Below are positions 1-12,499 of a stretch of 64,000 bases of DNA, piece after piece (within the stretch, counting starts at the first letter, position 1; each line of letters begins with the position of its first letter). This stretch comes from Spirogloea muscicola (Eukaryota): NCBI GenBank assembly GCA_009602725.1, contig WELB01000004.1, positions 1 to 64,000 of the forward strand. The letters are read 5' to 3'. A program made the position numbers and the translations under genes. Under the pieces are notes generated by a model, which was not told where the DNA came from, ran no database searches, and saw only the letters and a program-made list of their open reading frames with translations.

Positions 1-642
1 CCGTCCGCACCCTCAAGGTCGGCCCGCCCGCGCCGCTCCGCCGCGCCGAGGGCCCCCTCGGCTCGCTGGGGGGGGGGCTCCGGCGCCAGCGCTCGGGCCT
101 CAGGATCCCAAAGTGCTCCTTGAAACACCGATCCCACCAGTGTCGGAAGCGGCGGCGGCAGTGGCGGCGGGCTGTGGCGAGCTGGGACGCCACTTACGTC
201 CAGCCGTCATCCTGGTCGTTGCGGCAGCCCGAGTGGCGGTGCCCAGCAGGACAGCGATGGCTTTGACGGGCTGCCTGCGGCGCAGGTGTTCGAGGACAAC
301 ACGCTGGTGCGCGCGGCGCTGGAGGGCTCCGGCGGCGGCCGCGTCCTGGTGGTCGACGGCGGCGGCAGCCTGCGGTGCGCGCTGCTGGGCGGCAGCCTGG
401 CGGTGCTGGCGGAAAAGAACGGGTGGGCGGGCGTGGTGGTGCACGGCTGCGTGCGCGACACCGCCGAGATCGACGCCTGCGAGCTGGGCGTCCGCGCGCT
501 CGCGCCGCACCCCGTCAAGTCCCTCAAGCGCGGCGAGGGCGCCGCAGACGTGCCCGTCGCCGTCGCCGGCGTGCCCGTGCGCCCCGGCGAGTGGCTCTAC
601 GCCGACGCCGACGGCGTCATCGTCTCCGCCTCCAAGCTCTGA
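1..642 (+). CDS. RraA-like / HMG aldolase family protein, 3' part (exons 1-17 and 286-642)
   Basis: Splicing GT(18)..AG(285) gives VRTLK|VFEDN. Motifs [13 protein letters not shown] and YADADG follow; stop TGA at 640-642. Confidence 0.9.
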
Positions 643-1249
643 TGCTGCTGCGCGTCGACCGCCGGGGGGCTGCCGGCGCGGCTTCGCACGGGGCTCCGGC
701 ATCCTGCAAGTTGCGGACATGAGGCGATCTGGCTTTCATAAACCATACCTCCACCAACGTACCGCAGCTGCTGCTTCAGCTCACACCCAGCTTGAGAATC
801 TGCGCCAATGCAGCCAACAGCAGTCCACTCCGCAGGCTTGAAATCCTCACTAACCGTATGGAAGGAAGTCACCACAGTGCCAAGTGGAGCTGGCATCGTG
901 CATTGCCAGGGCAGGCTTGCAGCTTCTTCTGCTTAGAGGAGCACAGCCTCTGTCTGGCACAGGCTGATGTGCTCAGCAGCCTGCCCTCCGCTGCGATCCT
1001 TCTCCTTCCTGAAGCAAGACCCTGGCGTTGTCCCCCGAGCTGCGGTGCATGCTCTGCCAAGCTGCCTGCATGGCTCTGCACCTCCTCTCAGAGACGGAAA
1101 GCCTTGGCAACTCCTCCTCCCCCCTTTGGCCCCACCCTACTCACGCTGCCAGTTGAGAGACGTGACGTGTCAGTTCGAGCTTCACTCGATCGATTATCGA
1201 TCTAAGCGCAGGGAATCCCTGGGCCCGGCCACCAACGCTGAGCACTGCG

Positions 1250-3273
1250 TCACAACATGGAGGTTGTGCAGTTGGGGGCTTGGAGGATGCCATTTTGGCA
1301 TAGGCCCCTCAATGCTGTCCTGTACATAGTGTCCCACACGGGTGCCCACCACTGGGGCACAAGTGCGAAGTGTGTGCAGTCACGTGCACCCAAGCTAAAC
1401 GTCTTCACAAAGTGGTGCTCGTGGTAGTCCATCTCCCAGAACACCTTCTGCACCAGCACGCCCTCCTCTTCGGCCGCCTCGTGCATGACGTCAGCCCTCC
1501 AGTGCTGCCAGAAACAGTTGAAGTTAGATCCGACTCTGCCAGCAGGGGGCAGGCCTCAGGGACAGGGAGGTGGGTGCATCAGCAGCTCACTGATACTTCC
1601 AAGGCTTCAGCCGGGATCACGACCAGCCTTGGCTGTGCAGGCCTCTGCTGCATACCTGGAGCTCCAGATTCGGAACAGCATAGCATGTGGACACCACCTC
1701 CAGTGGTTGCACGTTGATGAAGACGCTCTGGTAGGTGCCAGAACCATCCGAGGATGCAAAGTGCTGCGGCAGTGTCTCTCGAAAGAAGCCAAGCTTCCCT
1801 TTTTGCTGATTAAACTGGCCAAGCTTTGCCGCCAGGTACTGCAGGTGCTTGCGCAGATGCCGTGTCTGCGGTACATTATAGTGAATCCCAAGATTCAAAA
1901 TTACCTGACACAATCCAAGGGGCCACCTCAGGGGGGGCGACAACGCAGAAACGGCTCCTTGACGAACACGTGGGCCAGTGTGCGCGCTCAATTGACAAGC
2001 ATGCTTCGGCCGTGCTTCGAGGGAAGGACGTTTACCACGTCAGAAGTGGAGAGGATGTACTCAAACAACGCCGGCCAGAGCACATACTTCCAGTCCTGAA
2101 GGTCCTCGTGCTCCATCTGATAAGCTGGATGGATTGCGCGATGCGGTGTGAGCTATGCAAACACAGCCAAGGATAACCGCACAGCCGAAGGAAGGAGGAG
2201 CTCAAGTGGCTGTCAGGAATGACTACAAGAGGGAGATGAGGGAGGCGACTTCACAAGCGTGAGCCACTTCTGCAAGTCAGGAGTTGACGAGCTCTGTTGG
2301 TTGGTGGGTCACAGATATTCACAGTAGCAGGCAGACTCTACAGTGCCGGGCAGCGGAATGGACTGCTGGCAGCGGGAGCAGGGGCTCACTCTCAAAGTAG
2401 GTCCACGTCATGTTACCAAAGGGGCCACTAAGCGTGTGCTTCCTGATGATGCTATCACAGTCGTGCTGGAGCGTTCGCTTCTTGTCCCAGTAATCTCGGA
2501 CGCCGTCCTCAAGCGGGATGAGGCGGCGGGGCGCATCGGCCAGCACGTCATCTCGGGTGCCGTTGCAGTAGAAGCTGCTCAAAACACCACAGCGATCATG
2601 AGAGACCAGCATCAACAGCGTAAGCTGAGCGGCGAGAACACCCGTCCACGTGGCAAGTTTGGGTTTGTCAGCAATCTGCTTGTTGAGCGGGCAAAGAGTG
2701 GGTTGGCACATTGTTGCCCACTGCCGAACACGACGTAAGACACGGACTTCTGATGGCAAGGCAAAGCATCGCAGGCCAAGGAGCTGCGGCAGCCTCGGGG
2801 ATGCTCAAACACAGGGCAGGCAGCAGCGGCAGTAGCCAGTGCTGGACCGCCAGCGGCAGATCTCAGCCCCTTATGAAAAGCGGCAAGGAATGTAACGAGG
2901 GCCTCCGACACAGTTTCAAGTTGCTGCTGTGACTCTCCCGCTGACTGTCACCGTGCAGAAGAGACCGCCGAGGCGGCCATCGCGACAGCCGGTGCCAGCA
3001 GCCTCGCACCAGGAGTTCCTCGCTGAGCCCGCCTCGCCTGATTGCTTCAGCTGGCCGGCGGCGGCCGCGGCGGCGGCGGCGGCTCACCTGTGGCGGACGG
3101 GCGAGACGAAGTCTTCGTAGCCGGCCTCCTGGAGGGCGATGAGGAAGACCATGTGCAGGTGGCCCGACAGCGAGTCGCCCACCACCGAAACCCGCTTCCC
3201 GCGCAGCAGCTGGCCCCGCCGCCGCTCGCGCCGCCGTCAGGGCCACGCCGCCCGGCCATGGCGGCTCGCTGCG
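1250..3273 (-). CDS. TBL/PC-esterase (SGNH-like) putative O-acetyltransferase, multi-exon; 5' end in or beyond the N gap
   Basis: Minus-strand exons carry VVGDSLSGH (~3150-3190), NLGIHYN, FFRETLPQHF and a C-terminal DCTHF motif. Internal exon structure is not fully resolved. Confidence 0.7.
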
Positions 3274-3875
3274 NNNNNNNNNNNNNNNNNNNNNNNNNNN
3301 NNNNNNNNNNNNNNNNNNNNNNNNNNNNNNNNNNNNNNNNNNNNNNNNNNNNNNNNNNNNNNNNNNNNNNNNNNNNNNNNNNNNNNNNNNNNNNNNNNNN
3401 NNNNNNNNNNNNNNNNNNNNNNNNNNNNNNNNNNNNNNNNNNNNNNNNNNNNNNNNNNNNNNNNNNNNNNNNNNNNNNNNNNNNNNNNNNNNNNNNNNNN
3501 NNNNNNNNNNNNNNNNNNNNNNNNNNNNNNNNNNNNNNNNNNNNNNNNNNNNNNNNNNNNNNNNNNNNNNNNNNNNNNNNNNNNNNNNNNNNNNNNNNNN
3601 NNNNNNNNNNNNNNNNNNNNNNNNNNNNNNNNNNNCTCGGCCCCGGGGCCCGACTTCCCCGCCGGGCACCTCCCGGACGGTCTGCCGCCCGACGCTGGCG
3701 GCCCGGCGGGGGTTGTCGGCGGCGCCCGGCCCGTGGCGGCCGCCGGCCTCCCGGAGACGTCGACCGCTCGCTCCCGACTGGCGCCGGTGGCCCGGAAGAA
3801 GCGGCAGCTTGCTCTTCCAGCTCTCTGCAGTCCACTTGAGTCCTTGTCCTTCCTCGGCATCTCATTTTTCGGCTT

Positions 3876-5310
3876 TGGACATTGTCCATCCTTTTTGGGC
3901 TGGCTTTGCCAGCCCCTCTTTCTCTATGGGCGAGCCTTCTTTCTTGTCCATTCCTTCTCATGCGCAGGATTTCGTGTATTTGAAACAATCGAAGGCCAGG
4001 CGCACCGCGCGCCTTCTCTCCTTTTTGGGTTGGCCTCTCACAGCTACCAGTCAATCTGGCCACGCCGCCTTCGCTTGAGGCTGCTTAGCAGGACTGCGCG
4101 TGTATTACGAGATGGAGGGCCAGATGTGGCCAAGTACAAAGGCAAGCACATTGACAAATGTACGTCACCTGCTGCTAAGCTGACCCGCTTAGTAACCACG
4201 AGTCAGCACATAGAGGTCACTAACTGACGCCCGAATACCGGACGGCAATCGACAAGCTCTTGAGCTACCAGCTAAGGCTCGACCAGCTTTCTGATGCAAC
4301 GCATGAGCCTGAGCTCGCTGCAGACAAGCTGACACTCGACGATGCAAGAATGACAAGTAGGCTGCCGGCATGCCCATCTGAGCTGGAAGCATATCCTCAT
4401 GTCGAGCATATCCCAAACTTGCAATATTGTCCAGTAAGGTGTGGAAGCGAGGGCCCATGCAGCCGAAAGTGTCGATTGCCGCCGGTAGGAGGTGAGCGCT
4501 GCGGGGGTAGTCAGAGTAGTGTCGGAGCTTTCCCTGCTCAGCACCTCCCACTGCGTGACAGGGGTCCTTCGTTCAAACTTTTTGGGCTGGCTTTCTCCAG
4601 CCCTTATCCTCAATGGGCGAGCCCTTCTTCGTTACTGAGTGCTTCGTAGCTGCTTAGTTTCTTCTTGCCCGCTGACGAAGTCGGGCGGGTAGCTCGGGGC
4701 ATTCTAGCGTCCCGCAAGCCATCGTTGCATGCTATAGAATGTGGCTATCACTGAATCTACAGCGCTCCCAGGCACTCGCGATATACCAACGTGCTGGTCG
4801 TGCATTAGCCCAGGCTAATGGCTTCCGTGGTGGCGGTTTGGCTCCTCAGTATAGCTTGTCAGATATGCATGTGCTCACTCGGGGATATTATTGTCCCCCT
4901 TACCAGCTCACCACCCAGTTAAAAGGACATTTGCAAGGCTGAAATTGGCCTCCCTTTCAATTTCATGCGCATCGCGCACCTTCTCTCTTTCTTGTGCTTG
5001 TTCTTCTTAGTGCTTCGCCTGGCCCCCTTCTCGCACTTCGTTCATTCTGTTTTGGGCTGGCTTTTCCCAGCCCCCTATCCTCAATGGGCGAGCCCTTCTC
5101 TCTCTCACTTGCGAGCAGGCCGCGCCATGGCTGCTCCATCTGGCTCTCGGCGGGGTGCCTCTTCCCTAGCTGCGACTTTCTCCGACTTGCTGCTGCTCAC
5201 CAGTGGTTACTAGGGCTTCCTTCTGCGATTGTCTCGTGTCTAGCTGTGTGGCTGTAGGCGCCTTGCGGCTCTTCGGACCTTGTCTCATCTTTTTGGGCTG
5301 GCCTTTCTGG
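3876..5310. mobile_element. Cluster of nested, truncated CRE-like non-LTR retrotransposon fragments on both strands
   Basis: Minus ORF 4189-4551 (KLRHY..PAAIDTFG..LQRAQA..SDLYVLTRGY*). Plus fragments 4672-4990 and ~5110-5213 encode the same C-terminus. Repeated 3' tails at 3893, 4579, 4935 and 5050. Confidence 0.85.
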
Positions 5311-6381
5311 GAGAGCACATTCTTCTGGCAAATGCCACGCGAGGCGCATGCAACAGTCACATGGGCGTTAGACACAGGCCCGCCTCGAGCTCGAGCTCCT
5401 TGGCCTCGATCCGCTATCTGCTGCTGCTGCGCTCTTTCCACGGGCGACTGACAGTCCTCCCTCCCCCAGCAGCTGGCCCGGCTGGTTTCACTGCAGTCGG
5501 GGGGCAGCTGGTGGCACACGAGCAGGACGAAAATTTGCTGATGATACTGAACACATTGTACTGTCGAGCAACTGATTGACGATTGACTGATGCTTACGTC
5601 AACAGATATCAGAGCGCTAATGATATCATTGCCAAGCGCCCTGAGCAGTCGTCCATTGTATGCCACGAGCTACTGCCATCACTACTGCCAAACATGCTTT
5701 GCTGCAATCGATGATCCGAGGGAGAGTCCAAGCGAATGAAGTTGCCTCACTGTATGCTTCGTAGAGATGGCAGGACTTTGAGCTTGCAGTACCGTAGTCC
5801 ACCTGAAGCGTGCCCGCAGGCACATTCAACATTAATTTGGCTAGTCCGAACTAACAGCGCGCTCGTTCACTACCTCTGATATCTATGACAGCTTGCCGGC
5901 CGCTGCTGTCTTGCGGGCTACCTTGTCTGTTACATCTTGCATCGCTCCTTCCGTTACACCCTAAACTCCATCCCACTGTTCATAAACCTCAGTTCCCCAT
6001 GTTGCACGCCCTACATACCACATGAAAGAGGCATCTGCTGCACCAATCAAGCAACCCCGAGGAGCTCCAGCTGCCTTTGGTATCACCATGCCTCCCATGA
6101 ACAATCTCCTGAGCAACTGACCATGCACAGCGCTAACCTCGAGATATAGTCCTCCAATGCAGCAGAGGAGTCATGCTGCTCCAAGAGGTCGTGCTTGCCG
6201 CACCAACGACTTGACTTCACAATGTACAGGTCAGATTGCAATCTGCCACTTGCTGCTCACTGCCTTGGCTCTCAGCGTGAATGAGGCCACCATGGACGGA
6301 GGTCCTGCACTACTACACTGTAAATGCCTAGGGCAGTCCTTGACCAGAAGTTTAGAAACCAGAAGTTCAGGACAAAGTCCT

Positions 6382-9300
6382 TCAGATGAAAGAATCCCGG
6401 AAGGTATGGTTGTGGCGGCGGTTGAACTCCAGCAATGAGCCATACGTGCGGTCTGCCACCCCTACATACAGCGCCTCGGAGTCGGGACTGAAGGAGATGC
6501 CAGCTACCTCCCCAAAGAGGTCAATCTCTTGACTGCGTGCGAATCCCTGCAATGTGTTGAGCAGAGCTGTTGTCAGTACTCGAGGTCGTCAACTGCCCCT
6601 GCCAATGATAATGTTGCATACTGCTGCATGCTGCTGGCCTCCCCGATAGTGTGGTAGGCAAGCCTAGTCAGCATGTCCCACTAGTAGTGAAGCTGGAAGC
6701 TGCATTGTTAAGTAAACCACTAGGAGCGAGAGCATCCATCAGCAGCTTTCTAGCTTCATGATGCTGCTCACAGAGCAAGAGCAGGGTCACATAACAAGGA
6801 AGTTGACCTGCTTGATGTCAAAAACATGTACGAAGTCAGCAGGCTCCGCCATGGCCATAAATCGGCCATCAGTTGTGAACCTGATTGACCTTATTGCCCC
6901 AATACGGCCTTTCAAGGATGCAAACGCTGCACTTGGGAAACGTAGGTCCCACAATCGGCAAGTCATGTCCTGATTGCCAGTAGCAAAGATATGCCCATCT
7001 GGGTGCCACCCTGAAGCGAACGAATAATCAAGGTGGCCCTCCAAGGTAGCCACCGTCTGTTTATCAACAGCATGGGAACAGTAATATTATGTGCCTACCG
7101 TTTGCAATTTGCGGTTTTCGCTCTCCAAGTATCTGACTTCAGTAATACAAGAGGGACAGCATGTATTCTGCCTGGGTGTTGACTTCTGCAGCTCTCCTCA
7201 AAAGCAAAGTTTGCCTCATCTTCTATCTTCTTCTTCTTCTGGGGTTACTGAGAGAGCATCACCTTGCCAGTCTGACTGTCAGCAAGATGACCCTCTGGAT
7301 TGTCGCCCACAACAAGCACAAGCTTCCCATCTGGACTGACAGAGGTGTGCTGCATGGCACCATGACCCAGGTCAGCAGCAGCTCCTATCCAGCTTCTCAG
7401 CAGCTCATATGCAAGTAAGAGAAGCCTTTGAAGAGCAGTAATATGCAGCCAATCTAAGCTCGTCATAAGTAGATGTGTATGCTTAAAAAACCCCAAAAAT
7501 TGCATACTCACATTAACTGGCCAAGGAAATTTGTGGCGATGAAGTGTACAAAATGTTTCGCCATCAAATACGCGTACCATTGAGTCATTGTTTGAGCTCA
7601 TCACTCTCATCCCACTGCTGCACAGTCACAAATGCAACAAGCAAGGACCCACTTGAGATGCTAGTCACAATAAGACAATAAACCCCTTATCGCGCAGGCC
7701 TCAACTGATTTAGTTGTTGGACAAGAAGATCGTAAAGGCAGGTCTGCCCAACTTGACCACAGTATCAGTATTATATGTGTTTGATCATGTGAGCTTACAT
7801 GTTGCTCAAGCATGGCATGGCAACATATTACGTCGAAGTGCTACAGCTTTGTAGTGGTCCAATTGCTAAGCTGGATCCTTACCTCACAGAGTCAAAAATC
7901 TCAATTGCATTTGTGATAGCATTCTCATCATGCGTAATCTTAGAGCAGTATGAGACACCTGGGCTCTCAAGCCTCTGCCAGTCAAAGTCAAGGGTGTACT
8001 CATCAAAAGTTTGCAACTTTTAAAGGCTTGCAAAAGTAATGTCATCACAGAGACTTCTGACGCAATAGTTATGACTAAAGGCAGCATAGGACTGCAGGCT
8101 CGTCGATCATGGCATCGAGGTTATGATGAGCTTGCAAAGATGAGCAACTTGGAACATACTTTGCAAACCATCTCTCCAAGAAACCCTCCAGCAACCAGAA
8201 GGTTTCGTCGTGCGCACATGGTACTAATCTGCACCTTACCAAGCCTCTGCTGGCAAAGGCTTCTATCAGCCTGCAAGCAGTAACAAGTTGCTATGACATC
8301 CTTCAGTATGCAGACTAATAGTGCTGTTATTGTAAGACAGTGTTAGCAATATTGAGAAGCGTGCTTATGTGCACGAACACAGATGGTAATGCCTACTTGA
8401 AGAATCTCTGCAATCAGACTGTCATACTGCTCCAGAACAACAGACCTGGATTGCAAGAAAGACAACAGAAAACATTTACGGGCACGCAGACGAGGCATGA
8501 CACTCACGTTAGGAGCGGGTGTAACAGTGCCGCCTAGGTTGAGGACTTCCTTGGATTTCCTGCTCACTGGTGACCAATGATTTATGACGTGTTGATGCAT
8601 GACATAAACGTCGTGCTTTGATGTCGCCCATACCAGGTTGCGCAGCTACAAGTTGACAACAAGTAAAATAAACAGTGGTTGTAAATAGGGCTGCATGGTA
8701 GAATGAGCAGGGCTTTCACATGCCCAACAGCTCATGGACTTCTCAACTGTGCGATGCTGATGACTGGGGCTGCTTCCAGAGAAGGGGTCTGGTGCTACGC
8801 TCTAAGAAGGTCAGAGGCTGCTCACCTGAAAGTGGACGATTGTGGACTTCACTGACCGCGTGTTATAGCGGAAGTCGTAGAACTTGCCACCTGTCTGCAC
8901 TTGTTTACACTCCTGCAAATACACCAAGGCCAAAGCAGGTGCTCAGCCCTCGCCCTCACAAGATGCAGCCCACTATCAGCAGGAGTCTGAAGTGAGACAA
9001 CGACTGCCATCACTGGGTCATGGTCACAATCGAAGCAAGCTCTGCTCCGGCAATTGTGAGCATCAAGGGACTGGAGGGCAGGACCCAGTCCTTGGGACAA
9101 GCAGTGGACGAAGGTGCAGCGGCAGCAAAGGCAAGGCCAGCAGAAAGGACAGCAATTGGGACTGAGAGAACGCCCAAAACCAACGTGCTGAGAAAACAAG
9201 AGTCGCATATGCCACGACGGGAAGGTGGCTCACTCGCTCGAGCTGATCGTGGGAGTGGTCCAGGTTCTCGTAGTTCTTGTACTGCTGCAGCCGGTTCTCG

Positions 9301-9800
9301 CGGTACTTGTCGCGCGTGAAGTGCAGGCTCTCCCACGGGATGCCCTGGATGTCCTTGCCCTGCCGGGCCTGCGCCGCGCTCGTGTCGTGCTCGCTGACCG
9401 CCTGCGCGGGCGGACCCAGGAGGGAATCGAACACTGCCCCTGTCAATTGGCAGCCTTGGAGCTGAGCTCCTTCAGGGCGGCCCTGCCATCCCTGCCGTTC
9501 GCCGTGGTACCTAGGGGTCAGCAAGTGGGCCGGGGAGGCCTCGGCCGTCGTTACCGAGTCGCGGTCCTCGTCGGCCTCGAAGTCGTAGCCGAGCGCGAGG
9601 TGGTCGCCGTCCACCGGCAGCGCGGCGGCGGCCATCACCACCTCCGCGCCCTCGCCCTCCTCCTCCTCCTCCTCGTCCGCCTCCTCCTCCTCGTCCTCCT
9701 CCTCCTCCTCGTCCTCCTCCTCCTCGCCTCCCGCCCCTCCCTCCCTCTCCTCCTCTTCCTCCTCCTCCTCCTGCTGCTTGATGTCCTCAGGCACCTTCAT
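6382..9800 (-). CDS. WD40-repeat protein, DUF2415 type, with an acidic N-terminus; multi-exon
   Basis: GKDIQGIPW, ATGNQDMTCRLWD, MAEPADFVH and QEIDLFGEVAGISFSPD motifs across GT-AG introns. The start ATG is inferred. Confidence 0.9.
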
Positions 9801-9832
9801 CTCAGCGACCGGTACAGAGCTCCCACTCTTTT

Positions 9833-9869
<37 letters not shown>

Positions 9870-10364
9870 ACGCCTCAGAGGCGCGCCGCAGGAGAGGCGC
9901 TGGCAGCAGGCAGCGCTTGCGAGCCGCAGCAGCTGCGGCGGCAGCGGGCTGCGGCGGACGGGGCAGAAGGCTTTCGGCTGGTGGTGGCGGGCCGGGACGG
10001 GGCCTTGCCGACGGGCGCCTGATGTGGGAGATGGGCTCCGTCGCGCAATTGGGCCGACGAGCGGCCGTCGTGAGGGAGCGAGGCTCCACCGCCGGGGTGG
10101 AGACGGAGACGGTGGAGACGGAGGCGGCGAGTGACTGGCCAGCAATTGGGGGCTTGAGCTTGACCTACGGTGCGACCTTTCCACCCCCGACCGAAGGGGT
10201 GTTGGGCGCAAGTGGCCTCCACAGTCTCAACGCGCTTCATCAGGAGGGGTCAGCCAGTGCTGGCACCAGCAATAGCTGGAGTGGAAAATGGGACCCTGCC
10301 CTTTCAAACCTCCCTCTCTGGCGTTCGCAAAGACTTTCTCCGCTCCTTAGTCTGCAGTAGCCTT

Positions 10365-11742
10365 CGCCTGAACAATGTACTGGCTTGAATTGGCCTCCCT
10401 TTCATTTCATGCGCCCCGCGCGCCTTCTCTCCTTCCCATCACTTGCGGCAGATCAGGTCGACTTTGCGGCGTGGGCTTTTAGCTTGTCAGATTTGTTTGT
10501 GCTCACCCGTGGGTACTAATGTCATCTTAGGTACCTTAGATTAGGTCTCCGTATTATGTAGCATTGTTTAGTCTGCACTCGACTCTGCCTGAACAATGTA
10601 TTGGCTTGAATTGGCCTCCCTTTCAATTCATGCGCCCCGCGCGCCTTCTCTCTTCCCATCACTTGCGGCAGATCAGGTCGACTTTGCGGCGTGGGCAAGA
10701 TGCTCTGATCTGAAGGCTCAAGCTCGTTTTTCACGCGCAGCCAATGAGCACGCCATGAGCCAGCTCCAAGCTCTGCTCAAGGAGGATGGGCGTGGGCTCT
10801 CTCGTCTCCACTCCATCAGCTCTCCGGGGGCGTCGGAGTGGCTCAACGCTTTGCCGATATACGAATCCCTCCGACTCTCCGACGACCTCTTCCGGACGGC
10901 TGTCCACCACCATCTCGGCCTCCCTCCCACTTTGTTTGGCTGGCATTCGACAGTGTGAATGTGGTCATCGTTCGGAGGATGAAGTCTCTTTGGCAGCTCA
11001 CATGCTTCGATGTGTGGAGGGAAGTGAACGTAATGCCTCCCACAATCTTTTCAGAGACGCAATGTATGGCTTGGTGCGCGAGGCAGGTTATCATGCGGCC
11101 ATGGAGGTGCCGGGCATTATGCCGGCACTCCAGAAGCGTGGCAGGCCTTACGTCAGGCGTCTGAACGTGGTGGCCACCCCCCGGAGTGGTGGGCCTCGTC
11201 TTCTCCTCGACGTCGTTCTCATCGACGCATTCCAACCAGGGGCACCCACACCGACTGTGCCAGGTTGGCGGACACATCATGCGGAGAGGAAGAAGGAGAG
11301 GCACTATAGTGACCACCCCCGGGGCGACCACTTCTTCCCATGCGCCATGGACATCTACGGCGGCTACGGAACGAAGTGGTCTGCCCTCCTCCATCGCCTG
11401 GCACTGCATGTCGATGCCCGCCGACGCAGTCGGGCGGGTAGCTTAGGCCATTCTAGCGTCCCGCAAGCCATAATTGCATGCTTTAGAATGCGGTTATCGT
11501 TGAGTCTGCAGCGTTCTCAGGCTCTCGCGATCCACCAGCGTGCTGGTCGTGCATTAGCCCAGGCTAATGGCTTCCGTGGGGGTGGGTTGGCTCCTCAGTA
11601 TAGCTTGTCAGATATGCATGTGCTAACTCGGGGATATTAGTGTCCCCCTTAGCCAGCTCATTACCCAGTTGAAAAGACATTTGTAAGGCTAGATTGGCCT
11701 CCCTTTCAATTTCATGCGCACCGCGCGCCTTCTCTCTCTCCC
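10365..11742 (+). mobile_element. Degenerate CRE-like (RLE-type) non-LTR retrotransposon 3' half, with two further 3'-end copies stacked at its 5' side
   Basis: GASEWLNALP..FRTAVHHHLGLP, then a frameshift near 10940. Downstream: CCHC knuckle CECGH..HMLRC, HNLFRD, LLLDVV, KKERHY, PCAMDIYGGYG and RLSLSLQR. Ends VLTRGY* followed by a CTCT-ending tail. Confidence 0.88.
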
Positions 11743-12499
11743 CGACTGAGCACCGTTGCCCAGCTCCGTCCGTCACTTGGTGCGTACCATGTCTCAACCA
11801 CCTTCTGCTCAATTGTGGCTGCTGATATCAAAAGAGCGGCTGTAGAAGGCCAGCCAGATGCATACAGGTGTTCTGCCTGGCTGTCTCAGTCTCTCCTGTG
11901 ACAGAAGACGAGATAGGTATGCAAGTAGCCTTAATACCCATCGTGAGAGAGTCTTCTGCACCCTCTATTACACAAGGCCTGCCAGTCCTCAGAGCTATGC
12001 AGGTTATATCAAGAGTAGCACAACAGACAGCGCTAGACTCTCACAAGGCACTAGAGTTTAGGGCTAGAAGGTTTGACAAAATAAGATCCTTCCTCACATG
12101 CTCTCAACAAACTCTAGTGATATGCAACAAAGAATTACCTCTGTGAACTTCCTGGTACGTGAGGCAGCATCCTCGTACATCGAGTTCAACAGTGCTAGGC
12201 TATACAAGGACAGTGTAATAGCTTGCTATCATCCTGAGATACTGTGCAGTTTTGAGCAGCCTAGAGCCGTGGAAGTCTTTCTCTCAGGGCTCAGGTTTAT
12301 AGAGTACAGGGCGTCGGTGAACTTCTTCTTACTCCATGATAAAAAGAACAAGAATGGGAGAAGAGTCGTCCCCTTTCCCCTTAGTGAAGAGATAGAGCGC
12401 CCTATGCCTTAGCACTCGTAGCTATTGAGTGGTTCATCCATCCCGGTTCTGAGTTAGCGAATTTGACCCCTTCGTAGTTTGGCCCCTTTGAACCCTGTC

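Noticed and set aside
5535..5595. TGATGA..CTGA suggestive of a C/D snoRNA
   Set aside because: No terminal stem and no recognisable rRNA antisense element.
9650..9870. (TCC)n and (GCC)n tracts
   Set aside because: They encode the poly-Glu N-terminus and form a GC-rich 5' leader of the WD40 gene; ordinary.
10365..10696. Repeat-spacer-repeat pattern resembling a CRISPR array
   Set aside because: Explained by stacked retroelement tails and a TSD in a eukaryotic context; no cas genes.
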